From a virus (lineage: Duplodnaviria; Heunggongvirae; Uroviricota; Caudoviricetes), in IMG/VR virus record IMGVR_UViG_2799113095_000002: 64,000 bases of DNA. One strand, given 5' to 3'. Under the pieces are notes generated by a model. The model was given only the letters and a program-made list of their open reading frames with translations. It did not search any database and had not been told where the DNA came from. A program made the position numbers and the translations under genes. Below, piece after piece: positions 35,223 through 44,384 of the stretch (its first letter is position 1; every line of letters begins with the position of its first letter).

Positions 35223-37102
35223 GGCTTCTCCGGGGTGTAGATCACGTCAACGTCGAGACCGCGGCCCTCTAGCAGATTCCGAATTATCGCTGCGCTCTGT
35301 GGGTTAGCGACGTGCCACTCAAGGCCAGTCTCAGGGGGCAGGACGCGTATCTGTCGCTGAGCCTCTCTGACGAGCTCGTTCTGGATGTTCTCAGTCCACG
35401 GCGCATCTGGACTCTTGATCAGGGGCGTGTAGTTGTGCTTTGCGTCTAGGAACACCTGCTGATTGCCCCGTTCGATGGGTCCGCTGTCGAATCTGACCAC
35501 CTCGCCGGTCTCGGGGTTGGTCATGACGTACTCGGGGATGCGTCCGTCAGGTGTTCGTTCGATACCCGTGATCTGCTCCTGGAAGCCCATCCAGGGCTTG
35601 TCGGGACCACGGTTGACATGCTCCCAACCTGGCGTGGGGTCACCCTTGGTCCAGGTTGCCTCTGGGGTGTGGGGCGGCCACCCACCCGGATGGTGCGGAT
35701 CGCCCGACGTGTAGTGCTGCCCCACGCTGGGGTCGAACTGATCGGGTGTCGGTAGTTGGTGCTGGGTTGGGGGTGGGGAGTGGTCGGCGACCGTGGGCGG
35801 TGGATGGTCTACAACCGGCGCGGGGTGGGTTGCGTCACTCGGGTCTGCGGTGTGCGCTGCGGGTGCTGGTGTGTCATGGAGTGCGCCGGGGCTCGGAAGG
35901 TCCGGGTGCGCGCCCAGGCGTGCAGCGGCGGCTTCTTCGAGTCCAGCGCGTGGCAACAGGCCTTCGGGACCGCCTGCCATTAGCGCCCCGCCATCGACCA
36001 GTTTTTCCCCGAAGTATTGGCCGGGGTTTTCGATGTTGTGCTTGATGCCTTCGGCGATATCGGCGCCCGGCGGGGTGGTCATGTGGTGCTTAAAGGACTC
36101 CCATTCTCGCCTACCGGCCTCTTCATTGGCCTCCCAAAAACCCTTGTCCCCCAACCCAAGACGGTCCCGCAGATCCGTGAACGGCGCAACCAACTTATCG
36201 ACGCCCTTGTCAATGCCCTCGGAAATATCCGTCTTGAAACGCTCGGCAGCCGATGGTTTGTGCTCCTCCGGTGGCTTGTCGTTGCGATTCAGGTAGGTGA
36301 CGCTTTCGCCCAGGCCACCCACCTTGGTCTTGTCGATAGTGTCCTTAGCGAACGGGCCGTACTGCGGGGCATTCGGATCGGCAGCAGCGGTGGCAGCGGT
36401 CGGGGTTGTCGCGGGATTCTTGATGTGCTCCAGCTTGTCGCCGAGCGTCCCGGCACCAGGATCGATGGAGGCCGGATCGGTGGCCTTGGGGTACCAGTCC
36501 TTGTAGAAGTTCGCGGGCTGGGCGCTCGGGTCGCCGGGCTTCGGGGTCGCGGCGTCGCGCAGGGCCTTGCGCCCGTCCACAAGCGCCGTTTTGGGGTTGA
36601 TGCAGCCGGTGATCGTTTGGGCGGTGGCGTCGGCCTGGGTTTTGAGGGTTTGACAGCCCTTCTCCCACTTGGCGACATACTCTTCGATCTGCCGTTGGAT
36701 GTCGGCGACGTGGGCGCGGTTTCGGGCTATCGAGTCATCGCTTTCACCCTCGGCGGGGTGGTAGTCCATCTTGTAGTCCTGAGCGATGGAGACGCCCTGG
36801 TCCTTGTGCGCCAGCACGCTCTCGATGAGGCGTTGGCCGTTGACCAGGGGATCGACCACCTCGTATTGGATGGTGGCGGCAACGAGTTTTCCGCCGTCTT
36901 CGGCGGTGTCGTGGGTGTTATCCGAGCCGTGGCAATCAGTGGATGCAGTGTCATAGGCGGCGTTCGAGGTGCGCCCGGTCCATTCGGTGCCATCGGGAGC
37001 CCCGACCCACCGTTTGTATTCGTCGTAGATTTCCTTGAACTGCCGGGTCTGTGGAAGCCAGGTATCCACCACCGCCATATAGTCATTGGCCTTCTTGGCC
37101 AT
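35219..37102 (-). CDS. polymorphic toxin: N-terminal WXG100-type (T7SS/ESX) secretion domain, long Pro/Thr/His-rich linker, C-terminal PD-(D/E)xK nuclease-like toxin domain
   Basis: ORF 35219..37231 trimmed to MAKKANDYMAVVDTWLPQ (or the GTG 21 nt upstream, which has an AGGGGG RBS). WxG motif KRWVGAPDGTEWTG. C-terminal EYVMTNPETGEVVRFDSGPIERGNQQVFLDAKHNY carries D...D-A-K. Confidence 0.6.
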   Translation of the reverse strand: MAKKANDYMAVVDTWLPQTRQFKEIYDEYKRWVGAPDGTEWTGRTSNAAYDTASTDCHGSDNTHDTAEDGGKLVAATIQYEVVDPLVNGQRLIESVLAHKDQGVSIAQDYKMDYHPAEGESDDSIARNRAHVADIQRQIEEYVAKWEKGCQTLKTQADATAQTITGCINPKTALVDGRKALRDAATPKPGDPSAQPANFYKDWYPKATDPASIDPGAGTLGDKLEHIKNPATTPTAATAAADPNAPQYGPFAKDTIDKTKVGGLGESVTYLNRNDKPPEEHKPSAAERFKTDISEGIDKGVDKLVAPFTDLRDRLGLGDKGFWEANEEAGRREWESFKHHMTTPPGADIAEGIKHNIENPGQYFGEKLVDGGALMAGGPEGLLPRAGLEEAAAARLGAHPDLPSPGALHDTPAPAAHTADPSDATHPAPVVDHPPPTVADHSPPPTQHQLPTPDQFDPSVGQHYTSGDPHHPGGWPPHTPEATWTKGDPTPGWEHVNRGPDKPWMGFQEQITGIERTPDGRIPEYVMTNPETGEVVRFDSGPIERGNQQVFLDAKHNYTPLIKSPDAPWTENIQNELVREAQRQIRVLPPETGLEWHVANPQSAAIIRNLLEGRGLDVDVIYTPEKP

Positions 37103-37136
37103 GAACTCATCCAGTGGCGTCACCACGCGCGTGCCC

Positions 37137-37457
37137 CTATGCCCGCTTCGGTGGCTGATAGATGCTGGGCAGATTGCCGTACCCGGCCGCCAGTGAACTC
37201 TCCGTGATCTTGAAAGCTTGCTGGGCCTCATCAGCGAAATCAGCGATCGTATTCAACCGCGCTGCCCCGATCCGCTTCACATCCGCGATGGCCTTGGACA
37301 CTCCATACAGCGCCGCCAAACCTGGATCAGCACCAGCCGGTGGCGAGACACTGGCCGCCGTGCTCTGCGTCAGCTGACCGGCGAGCGTCCTCAGATGCGG
37401 ACCGAGCTTCCCCAAGGCCGCAAGATCAAACTTGAGAACGTTCTCATCGCCCGACAT
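37137..37457 (-). CDS. small helical protein upstream of the toxin (possible secretion partner or chaperone)
   Basis: ORF 37137..37496 trimmed to MSGDENVLKFDLAALGKL, which has a GAAGGGGG RBS. About 106 aa. 35 nt upstream of the toxin start. Confidence 0.4.
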   Translation of the reverse strand: MSGDENVLKFDLAALGKLGPHLRTLAGQLTQSTAASVSPPAGADPGLAALYGVSKAIADVKRIGAARLNTIADFADEAQQAFKITESSLAAGYGNLPSIYQPPKRA

Positions 37458-37551
37458 GACACCCCCTTCGGCAACCAACTGTGTGATTGCCAGCACACTA
37501 CAGGAGCAGTAGTGGGTTCCGCAGGGGGAGTTGCCAGGGGTGCGGTGTTCG

Positions 37552-38073
37552 CTAGTCGAACAAGGCCAGCTGGCCTACGGGTTCCTCATCGAACTGGAAC
37601 GCCCGACGAACAAGCACCTTCTCCAGGTCGAGTATGCGCCAGTGCTCGGCGCGGGCGGTGTCGTCCTCGGCGGCGGTGGGGTGGTAGCGCTTGCATGGCT
37701 CCGAGTGCTCGTGGCGTGCCTCGTGCTGCCAAGGGCAGTGGCACCAGCCATACTGCGTGAGGTTGAGCGCGTGGCTGTCTTTGCGGCATCGCTCGATCTC
37801 GGCGCGGAGGTCCGCCGGCAGGGCGAGGCCGTACGCGGTGATCCGGGTGACCTTGATCGACAGGATGGGCGTTCCGAACGCCGGGCAGTGGACCTTTCCG
37901 CCGTTGGTGCTGAACCCGCCCCGGAGCCATTCGGGGCCGCCTTCAACGTGGCGCAGCGTGCCGCCCCAGTGGCTCTGGGCTAGGTAGTCTGCGCCTGCCT
38001 TGCTGAGGAGTGCGTCGAGGATCATCCAGCCGCCCATCGCGAACAGGAGCCAGCGTTCTTCTTCGGTCAGCAC
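37552..38073 (-). CDS. Cys/His-rich hypothetical protein
   Basis: 173-aa ORF; contains ...CPAFG...WCHCPWQHEARHEH... Confidence 0.4.
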   Translation of the reverse strand: MLTEEERWLLFAMGGWMILDALLSKAGADYLAQSHWGGTLRHVEGGPEWLRGGFSTNGGKVHCPAFGTPILSIKVTRITAYGLALPADLRAEIERCRKDSHALNLTQYGWCHCPWQHEARHEHSEPCKRYHPTAAEDDTARAEHWRILDLEKVLVRRAFQFDEEPVGQLALFD

Positions 38074-38435
38074 GGCGGGTCGTTCTCGCGGTGGTATCGG
38101 GCCCAGGCCAGTTTCCGCCGGGATTCGAGGTGGTGTTTCTCGGCGGCGCGGCGGGCCGCGCGTAGGTCGTGGCCTCGGTATAGCTCCGAGGGCACGATGA
38201 TGACACCGGGTTCGGTTGGGTGGTCGTATTCTGCGATCCAGTGTCGTTCAACAACATTCCGGGGCTCGTACCTACCGTCAATCAGATTGCCCAACATATG
38301 AACTGTGTACTCCCTGAAGTGCAGCCGGAGGCGGTACCTCCCCTCGCTGGCATCGCGGTGGGGCGCGAACCAGCTGACCCCCTTGTCCCAGCGGTCGTAT
38401 TGGCCGCGTTGCCAATCCAGGCTTCCGTCGATCAT
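38067..38435 (-). CDS. hypothetical protein
   Basis: ORF 38067..38534 trimmed to MIDGSLDWQRGQYDRW (ATGA overlap with the upstream stop). Confidence 0.35.
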   Translation of the reverse strand: MIDGSLDWQRGQYDRWDKGVSWFAPHRDASEGRYRLRLHFREYTVHMLGNLIDGRYEPRNVVERHWIAEYDHPTEPGVIIVPSELYRGHDLRAARRAAEKHHLESRRKLAWARYHRENDPPC

Positions 38436-39196
38436 CACGGAACCCTCACGGGCTGCATACCGGGGATTGCCATGCGGATGAGCCTGCCTGGGCTCGCCTC
38501 GAATCCGTTGAGCGTGAACGTAAGCATCTGCCACTCATCCCAACGGGCCATCTGGAGCCAGCCTTTCGCCGGTACAAGCTCCAGGGGCACGCGCTGCACA
38601 TAGGGGCCGACATGGAGTAGGGCTTCCACGGGGATAACGATCCGCCGTTCGTGCACCGATCCTGATCTCCGCTCGGTGATCCGGACGCAAGCGAGGTCTC
38701 TCCACTGGTCGTACACACTGGATATCTCTACCTCGATGGTGGGGACCACCGGCTCAGCCTCGGGCACTTCTTCCGTCACGCTCCAGCGGACCATTGGCAC
38801 CGCCGCCATCAGCGCCAGTCGATGTATCGGGCGCTCAATCAGAGCGGCGATTTCCTCTTGAGTGGGTTCCGGTGGGACCACGTCAACATCGGGAACCACG
38901 TCAACTTGGAACATCGTGGGCGCTGATGTCTGGTACATCCCGATCCCCTGTTGGTTTCGGCGCTGACCGTAGGACGGGTTGCCCGTGTTCCGGTAGGCCG
39001 TCTTCTGCTCGGGTGTTCCGTATGGTCCGGGGCAGCCGCCCAATGCGAGGCCGTGCCATTCGCGGCCGCACACCGCGCACTTGTCCTGGTTGACGTTGTA
39101 GTCGTATCCGCTTCGCTGGCTGTAGCCGGACAGCTGCTCATCAACCAGATCGCCGATAGCGTCGATCACGTCTTGCTCTGGGTTGCGGGTGTTCAA
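38435..39196 (-). CDS. hypothetical protein
   Basis: ORF 38435..39418 trimmed to a TTG at 39196, which has an AAGGAGA RBS 6 nt upstream and a TTGA overlap with the upstream stop. Contains CAVCGREWHGLALGGCPGPYG. Confidence 0.45.
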   Translation of the reverse strand: MNTRNPEQDVIDAIGDLVDEQLSGYSQRSGYDYNVNQDKCAVCGREWHGLALGGCPGPYGTPEQKTAYRNTGNPSYGQRRNQQGIGMYQTSAPTMFQVDVVPDVDVVPPEPTQEEIAALIERPIHRLALMAAVPMVRWSVTEEVPEAEPVVPTIEVEISSVYDQWRDLACVRITERRSGSVHERRIVIPVEALLHVGPYVQRVPLELVPAKGWLQMARWDEWQMLTFTLNGFEASPGRLIRMAIPGMQPVRVP

Positions 39197-39615
39197 CGGG
39201 ATCTCCTTGCGCGGCGGCGCTTTTTGTATTCGAGTACGTCTCCCCACCGGAAGCGGGGGCCGTCTGGGGTGTCGATGGCTCGGACACCGTCGAGGCCTTG
39301 CTTGGCGCGGCTGTTCCACATACGCACGGCGGCGGGTGAGACATAGGCGTGAGCGGCCACTTCGGACGTGGTAAGTAGGTCGTCCTCGGCGGGCGGGGCA
39401 AGCTGAGGCACCACCCACAGCTGGTTGCCTTGGCTGTCGTCCTGCCAGTAGCGGTCGAGGTCGGCGACCGCCTCAAGCGCGCGGTGGTCGGGTGGTAGAT
39501 GCTCGGCGAGCACCTCAGTGAGTTGTTCGGCGAGGCGCCGATACGAGAGGGCGACGCGCCGGGTCAGCTCTACCGGTGAGTCCCCCCGGTACCGGTGGAC
39601 GTTCGGGTTGGTCAA
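39193..39615 (-). CDS. MerR/excisionase-like HTH DNA-binding protein
   Basis: LTTSEVAAHAYVSPAAVRMWNSR...GLDGVRAID...RFRWGDVLEY resembles the Xis/MerR-type winged helix. Basic C-terminal tail. Confidence 0.5.
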   Translation of the reverse strand: MTNPNVHRYRGDSPVELTRRVALSYRRLAEQLTEVLAEHLPPDHRALEAVADLDRYWQDDSQGNQLWVVPQLAPPAEDDLLTTSEVAAHAYVSPAAVRMWNSRAKQGLDGVRAIDTPDGPRFRWGDVLEYKKRRRARRSR

Positions 39616-39809
39616 CGGGATTCCGCCACCTTCGGCTCAACGAGCGCGGATTCCAGTGCTGGAGTGGCCGGTACAGCTTGCCCCTCGATGTCGTAGGGCA
39701 TTCCGAAGTTGAGCTCCAACACGCCTTCAATCATCTTGGCACTCTTGAGTTTTGCTGTCACCCAGCGTCCCGTCTCCGGGTCATGGAAGCTGAGGCTTTC
39801 GATGCTCAC
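39612..39809 (-). CDS. small hypothetical protein
   Basis: 65-aa ORF coupled (ATGA) to both neighbours. Confidence 0.35.
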   Translation of the reverse strand: MSIESLSFHDPETGRWVTAKLKSAKMIEGVLELNFGMPYDIEGQAVPATPALESALVEPKVAESR

Positions 39810-40807
39810 TTCTTGGGGCCTTTCACTGTTTGGCGTTCCTTCGGGGTTTGGTGTGGGATTAGGCCGTTGTTGAGGACACTCTGGATGCTTTCCGCGACGA
39901 CGCGGCCCGCGCCGGGCAGATCGACAGCCGGGTCGCTCTCTGCCTTCTTGACGAGGGCAGATATCTCATCAAGCCTCGAATATGCCTCGGCGAGAAGGAA
40001 TTTCAACAAGTCTGTCTCCTCTTGTTCTTTGATCAGGTCAATTACTAGTCCTTGGAGCCACTGGTACTCGCGCTCAGGCCAGCGGGCACCGCATGTGGTG
40101 CAGTCGTATTCGGCGGTGCCGTCCCAGCGGCCAACGGTGTAGGCGCCGCATTGCTCGCCTTTGTGATTGACCGCCGGGCACGGCATAGGGTCTGAGTGCC
40201 GGAGCGCGGCGCGGCCAAGTTCCTGGTAGACGAGCCTGGATGCGTGAACGATCTGCGTCGCGATGTCCACGCCGTCGAAGGATTGGAGTTCCCGTGGTTG
40301 TCCGTTCTGGGGGTGCCAGCCTTCATCGCCGTCAGGTATTCGGCCCCACACGAGCATGTCCTGCTCTTTTTGGGCCAGCAGCACATCGAGATTGGGCTCC
40401 AGGATTTTCACGGCGTGCACGACGGTCGCCTTGTCGTGGGCGGGGAATCCTCTCCGGCCGTGCCGCTGCCGGCCGTTGATGTTCATCGCGGTTTCGACCA
40501 TCTCGGCGGCGCGGTCGGCGAGGTCAACGATGTGGGCCTGGAGGGCTTCGCGGTGCTCGTTGATGACGAGGGCGTGTTCGTGGGTGCCGGATACCTTGGC
40601 GCCTCCGGCGATGAACCTCTCCCCCATCCCGTGGTGGAGCCGTTCCCAGTCGGCGGGCATGCCTTTCACCGCGTAGCGGAGTTTTGTGAGGCACCCGTCG
40701 CAGACCACGCCGTCTGCGATTTGCGCGCCGACATGCTCGTCATCGAGGAGTTCGCGGCGGGTGCAGCGGGCCTCGAAAGCGCAGCGGTACGGGTCGCGTT
40801 GTGTCAC
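39806..40807 (-). CDS. Cys-rich hypothetical protein (333 aa)
   Basis: Several CxxC pairs (CDGC, CTTCG). Confidence 0.45.
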   Translation of the reverse strand: MTQRDPYRCAFEARCTRRELLDDEHVGAQIADGVVCDGCLTKLRYAVKGMPADWERLHHGMGERFIAGGAKVSGTHEHALVINEHREALQAHIVDLADRAAEMVETAMNINGRQRHGRRGFPAHDKATVVHAVKILEPNLDVLLAQKEQDMLVWGRIPDGDEGWHPQNGQPRELQSFDGVDIATQIVHASRLVYQELGRAALRHSDPMPCPAVNHKGEQCGAYTVGRWDGTAEYDCTTCGARWPEREYQWLQGLVIDLIKEQEETDLLKFLLAEAYSRLDEISALVKKAESDPAVDLPGAGRVVAESIQSVLNNGLIPHQTPKERQTVKGPKK

Positions 40808-41184
40808 TCGGGGTCTCCGTTCGCAAGTTCAAGGAGGACATCGGCATGGCAGGGTTGGTCGAGCGGGCAGTAGCAGCACAGGTCGTGTCCGCGTAGCAGC
40901 GGGACTAGGTCCTCTACGCGCTTCATCGAGCCGAGAAGCCAGCGACGGTAAAGCCGCACCGCGTAGGCGGCTGCCCATTCACGTGTCCCGGTGCCCTGGA
41001 AAAACGTTCCGGGACCCTCGACGGTCCAGACCCGTTCGCGGCGTCGGCTGAATAGGCCGGGCTCTGTTCCGGCGGATATGACCTTGAACGGGTTGCCCCA
41101 GCGTCCGGGCCGGGTGACGCAGATGGCGCCCTCTGGTTTGCGCCAGCCCTTGACTCGTTTCCGCTGGATACGTTGTGGGCTCAT
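40804..41184 (-). CDS. DUF4326-like protein
   Basis: VTRPGRWGNPF...LCCYCPLDQPCHADVLLELAN matches the DUF4326 pattern (RxxWGNPF, CxCxP..CH.DVL) recalled from Pfam. Confidence 0.5.
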   Translation of the reverse strand: MSPQRIQRKRVKGWRKPEGAICVTRPGRWGNPFKVISAGTEPGLFSRRRERVWTVEGPGTFFQGTGTREWAAAYAVRLYRRWLLGSMKRVEDLVPLLRGHDLCCYCPLDQPCHADVLLELANGDPE

Positions 41185-41423
41185 TTACTCACCCCGAGGT
41201 AGTCGGCGAGCACCTTATGCACGAGCGCGAGCGCCCCGTCGCGGTGGTAGTGATCGACCCTCCCCGATGCCGGTTCCGCTCGGTCGCTGCTAGTCACGGA
41301 GTATTCGTAGCCTCGGGTGTCCGTGTAATCGCTCCACTCAACGCAATTGACTTCCACGTGACCGACTAGTAGCCCGTTTACCGTGAGATCGACTGAAAGG
41401 CTCACGTGGCCTCCTGTTCCCAT
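41181..41423 (-). CDS. small hypothetical protein
   Basis: 80-aa ORF. Confidence 0.35.
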   Translation of the reverse strand: MGTGGHVSLSVDLTVNGLLVGHVEVNCVEWSDYTDTRGYEYSVTSSDRAEPASGRVDHYHRDGALALVHKVLADYLGVSK

Positions 41424-41842
41424 GAATTAGCACAGGTGATGCAGGTGCGAAGGAGATACCGGCGCACCGGGTATCCGCCCCAGCCCCAGCCGGTGTCGCA
41501 GAATCTTTCGAGTTCGGGCACCTCGATGAGGTGGACTGTTTCCGTCGCGCAGGCGGGGCAGGTGTCAAACGAGTTGAACACCATCGGGATTCGATATGGA
41601 CGCGTCTTTCTTATGAACCATCCGCTGTCACCCTCACGAGCACCAGGGGGCCAAACTCCAACATCGACCCAAGCGGGCCTCTCTGTGGTGATGCCTGGTA
41701 GCTCTATCCGATCTCCGGGGTGGAGGGTGTCGATCAGGACGAGAGTCGGTAGTTCATCCTTCTGATAGAAGAGGTTGAAAGATATAGGCCACCGTTTCCC
41801 GTTGCGTTCCAGCCAGATTGAATCCGGGGTGTGGGCGATCAT
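41402..41842 (-). CDS. hypothetical protein
   Basis: 146-aa ORF containing CPACATE...CITCAN. Confidence 0.4.
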   Translation of the reverse strand: MIAHTPDSIWLERNGKRWPISFNLFYQKDELPTLVLIDTLHPGDRIELPGITTERPAWVDVGVWPPGAREGDSGWFIRKTRPYRIPMVFNSFDTCPACATETVHLIEVPELERFCDTGWGWGGYPVRRYLLRTCITCANSWEQEAT

Positions 41843-42741
41843 TTCTCACCCCACTGCATTTTGCAGTTGGTGCATTCGCGGCCGATGGCGGCGCCTTCGG
41901 GCAGGTCTATGGTGTGGAGGTAGTGGGCATCCACCCAGCCACAGCGAGGGCAGCTGCAAGTGGCTTTGAACTCACGTACCGGGATTGGGCTGGCGTAGCC
42001 GAGTAGGAACTCGGGTGGTGCTGGTTGCTCCGGGATGGCCTCGGCACCCTCGATAACGAAACGTGTACCGGTCCAGAGGTATCCGCACCGCCCAGTCTCG
42101 TCGTAGAACAAGGTGTTCTTGTCTTTCAAGGTCAGTCCAGCAGGAAGCTCACCTACGTGCTGGACGGCTGGTCCCATCTTCAAAGTGGCCGCGATACTTT
42201 GGACTCGGTACAGGCCAGCGAGGATGGCCGCCAGTTCGGGGCGGTCATCCAAGTGCGGGGCGCCTTCCTGCTGTTCCGCGAGCTGCCGTTCCCATGGTGT
42301 TTGGGGGCGAATCGTGTCAGATTTGGCGAGCCCGTTCGGGCCTCGGGCGAGAGCCTCCTGGAGACTCTTGGCGTACAAATTGGTAACGAGGGCAGGCTGA
42401 ATCGTTGACGGATGCCCACGGCACGCTTCTGAACCACACGCACATGCGGGTGCCTGTTCCCAGCACCGGCCATCCCGCGTGATTCCAGCCCGGAGCGGAG
42501 ATGTCGAAGCCTGCCCTTGACCGATCGTGACGGCGCCGTCGATGGTGTGGGCGGCAAGGGAGCCGTTCACGGCAGTGATGGTGATGTTGGTGCCGGATAT
42601 CTGTGTGGAGTTGTCGCCAGCCACCTGAACCCGGCTCGGGCCAGAATGGTCGCGCCTCCGGCTCCAGACGAGGAGCCATGCAACGTTGCACAACACGACC
42701 AGCGCCAAGGCGATGAGTGCGACCAATACCATTGCGGTCAC
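41839..42741 (-). CDS. membrane-anchored protein (N-terminal TM helix)
   Basis: MTAMVLVALIALALVVLCNVAWLLVW followed by a roughly 270-aa domain with several Cys. Confidence 0.45.
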   Translation of the reverse strand: MTAMVLVALIALALVVLCNVAWLLVWSRRRDHSGPSRVQVAGDNSTQISGTNITITAVNGSLAAHTIDGAVTIGQGQASTSPLRAGITRDGRCWEQAPACACGSEACRGHPSTIQPALVTNLYAKSLQEALARGPNGLAKSDTIRPQTPWERQLAEQQEGAPHLDDRPELAAILAGLYRVQSIAATLKMGPAVQHVGELPAGLTLKDKNTLFYDETGRCGYLWTGTRFVIEGAEAIPEQPAPPEFLLGYASPIPVREFKATCSCPRCGWVDAHYLHTIDLPEGAAIGRECTNCKMQWGEK

Positions 42742-42971
42742 GTCTTTCTCCTGCTCTCTATCGCTAGGATGTCGTAGACGCAGCCGAGTGCGTCAGGCTG
42801 GGAATCGAACGCGGCCATGGGTTTCAGCTGGCCGGGCCGCCATACCCACCAACGTGGCGTCGGAATGACACCGGGTAGTGGGGGCAGCTCAGGCCACGGC
42901 GGGCGCTCACCCTTCAAGGATTTCCGTATCCGCCAGCGTTCTAGTTGTTCTGGTGTCCAGTCACGCCCCAT
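42738..42971 (-). CDS. small hypothetical protein
   Basis: 77-aa Trp/Pro-rich ORF. Confidence 0.3.
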   Translation of the reverse strand: MGRDWTPEQLERWRIRKSLKGERPPWPELPPLPGVIPTPRWWVWRPGQLKPMAAFDSQPDALGCVYDILAIESRRKT

Positions 42972-43371
42972 CGGGGAACACCTCCTCGTACGGGCGTACC
43001 GAACGCAAGATGTCCCGGTGGTTCCTTATCGGCGCTTCACATGTTTCGCAGCGCAGGGATTCACCTCGGCCGGAGAGAATCGCGTGGAGGCCGCGTGAAG
43101 CTACGTCCATGCAGATCTTGATGACCATCTGGGTAGCGCATTCATGGCACATGAAGATCACCCAGTTGCCGAACTCGTTGACGCCGTCGTCCTTGCATTC
43201 ATCGGTCGCGTGGGCCTCAATCACGTAGACGGCGGCGTTCGGGCATGGTCCGTCATAGTGTGCGGCGCACTGGCATCCGGTTCGATGGCCTTGGAACTGC
43301 CCGTTCAGATCTGGTAGCTCTGAGGCAATGAGCGCCTGAATCCGAGCCTCCGACAACCGTTCCACCATCAT
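42961..43371 (-). CDS. Cys-rich hypothetical protein
   Basis: ORF 42961..43740 trimmed to MMVERLSEARIQ (ATGA overlap with the upstream stop). Multiple Cys/His (CQCAAHYDGPC, CHEC, CETCE). Confidence 0.4.
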   Translation of the reverse strand: MMVERLSEARIQALIASELPDLNGQFQGHRTGCQCAAHYDGPCPNAAVYVIEAHATDECKDDGVNEFGNWVIFMCHECATQMVIKICMDVASRGLHAILSGRGESLRCETCEAPIRNHRDILRSVRPYEEVFPDGA

Positions 43372-43601
43372 TGCGCCCCGGCGTACGGCGGATAGGTTAT
43401 GGGCATCGAGGAGAGGACGGTCACGTACTTGCGCATCCGGTCGGCGATGACCGGGCCGCCGTCCTCGGCGGTCTCCTCGTAGTCGGCCGCATCGGAGAGG
43501 CACAAGCGCGCCAGTCGCAACCCGAGGTCGATCCCTTCCTGGAAGGCGGTTTGTATGGCCTCCGGCGTGGCGCTGGCGCCTTCGTGGTTCGGCTGGGTCA
43601 T
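43368..43601 (-). CDS. small acidic hypothetical protein
   Basis: 77-aa ORF. Confidence 0.35.
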   Translation of the reverse strand: MTQPNHEGASATPEAIQTAFQEGIDLGLRLARLCLSDAADYEETAEDGGPVIADRMRKYVTVLSSMPITYPPYAGAQ

Positions 43602-44212
43602 CGGTCGCTCCTGACCGGTTCACCGCAACCGGCGGCCCCGAACTCATCCCACGGGATGAAGCGTTCGACCTCGACCTGACCGTCAGTGGAGGCGACGATC
43701 CTGTCCAGATCGTCGTAGGTTTCCGCTGACCATGTGTCAACCGTTCGACGGCACCAGAATCCCCATAGGCGTCTCCGGCGCCCGGTGATGATCAGGGTCC
43801 AGCAGGGGGTGCGCCCGGTGTTCCATAGGCGCACGCGCGGTGGCCTCTGCCCGTCCGCTTCGAGCTCGCCGACTTCCTGGAGGGTCTTGTCGAGGATGAC
43901 CCGGTGCCTCCACTTGGCCGGGCGGAACGCGACGGAACCGGCGCGGCGGCGGCGTTCACCGGTGGGTGTCATTTCGGTGTAGCTGCCCCGCAGGACGATA
44001 GAAACGAACCACCACGGGTGATCGTGTAGGGCGCGGTCTTCGTCGTCGCGTAGGAACTTGTGGAGGTAGACGTTCAGCCAGCGGTTCCTCGGGATCACGT
44101 ACCAGCGCAGCAGGTACGTGGGTTCGCCTTCGGCGCCGATGGGCTGGTGGGGTTCCAGCCGGAGCCACTTCCGCAGCCATCGGTGGTTGTTCGGTCCTGT
44201 GGTGGTGCTCAT
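43598..44212 (-). CDS. hypothetical protein (204 aa, Trp/Arg-rich)
   Basis: ORF 43598..44566 trimmed to MSTTTGPNNHRW; the upstream part is Pro/Arg-rich out of frame. Confidence 0.45.
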   Translation of the reverse strand: MSTTTGPNNHRWLRKWLRLEPHQPIGAEGEPTYLLRWYVIPRNRWLNVYLHKFLRDDEDRALHDHPWWFVSIVLRGSYTEMTPTGERRRRAGSVAFRPAKWRHRVILDKTLQEVGELEADGQRPPRVRLWNTGRTPCWTLIITGRRRRLWGFWCRRTVDTWSAETYDDLDRIVASTDGQVEVERFIPWDEFGAAGCGEPVRSDR

Positions 44213-44384
44213 CGGTTCTCCTTGGCTGCTGGTTGGTTGGGTCGTTGCTTCTGGTGGAGTGGCATCACGCCGTCGCGGCGGATGCGGTACGAGCGCTGGC
44301 AGGTGGGGCAGTAGGCGCGGCCTTCGCGCGGTCGGGTGAGCGGGACCTTGCCGCTGCCGGCGCAGACCTCGTCGCGGACGTTCA
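44212..44384 (-). CDS. small zinc-ribbon peptide (about 57 aa)
   Basis: VNVRDEVCAGSGKVPLTRPREGRAYCPTCQRSY..., found by hand. GTGA overlap with the DnaJ-gene stop and ATGA overlap with the next start. Confidence 0.3.
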
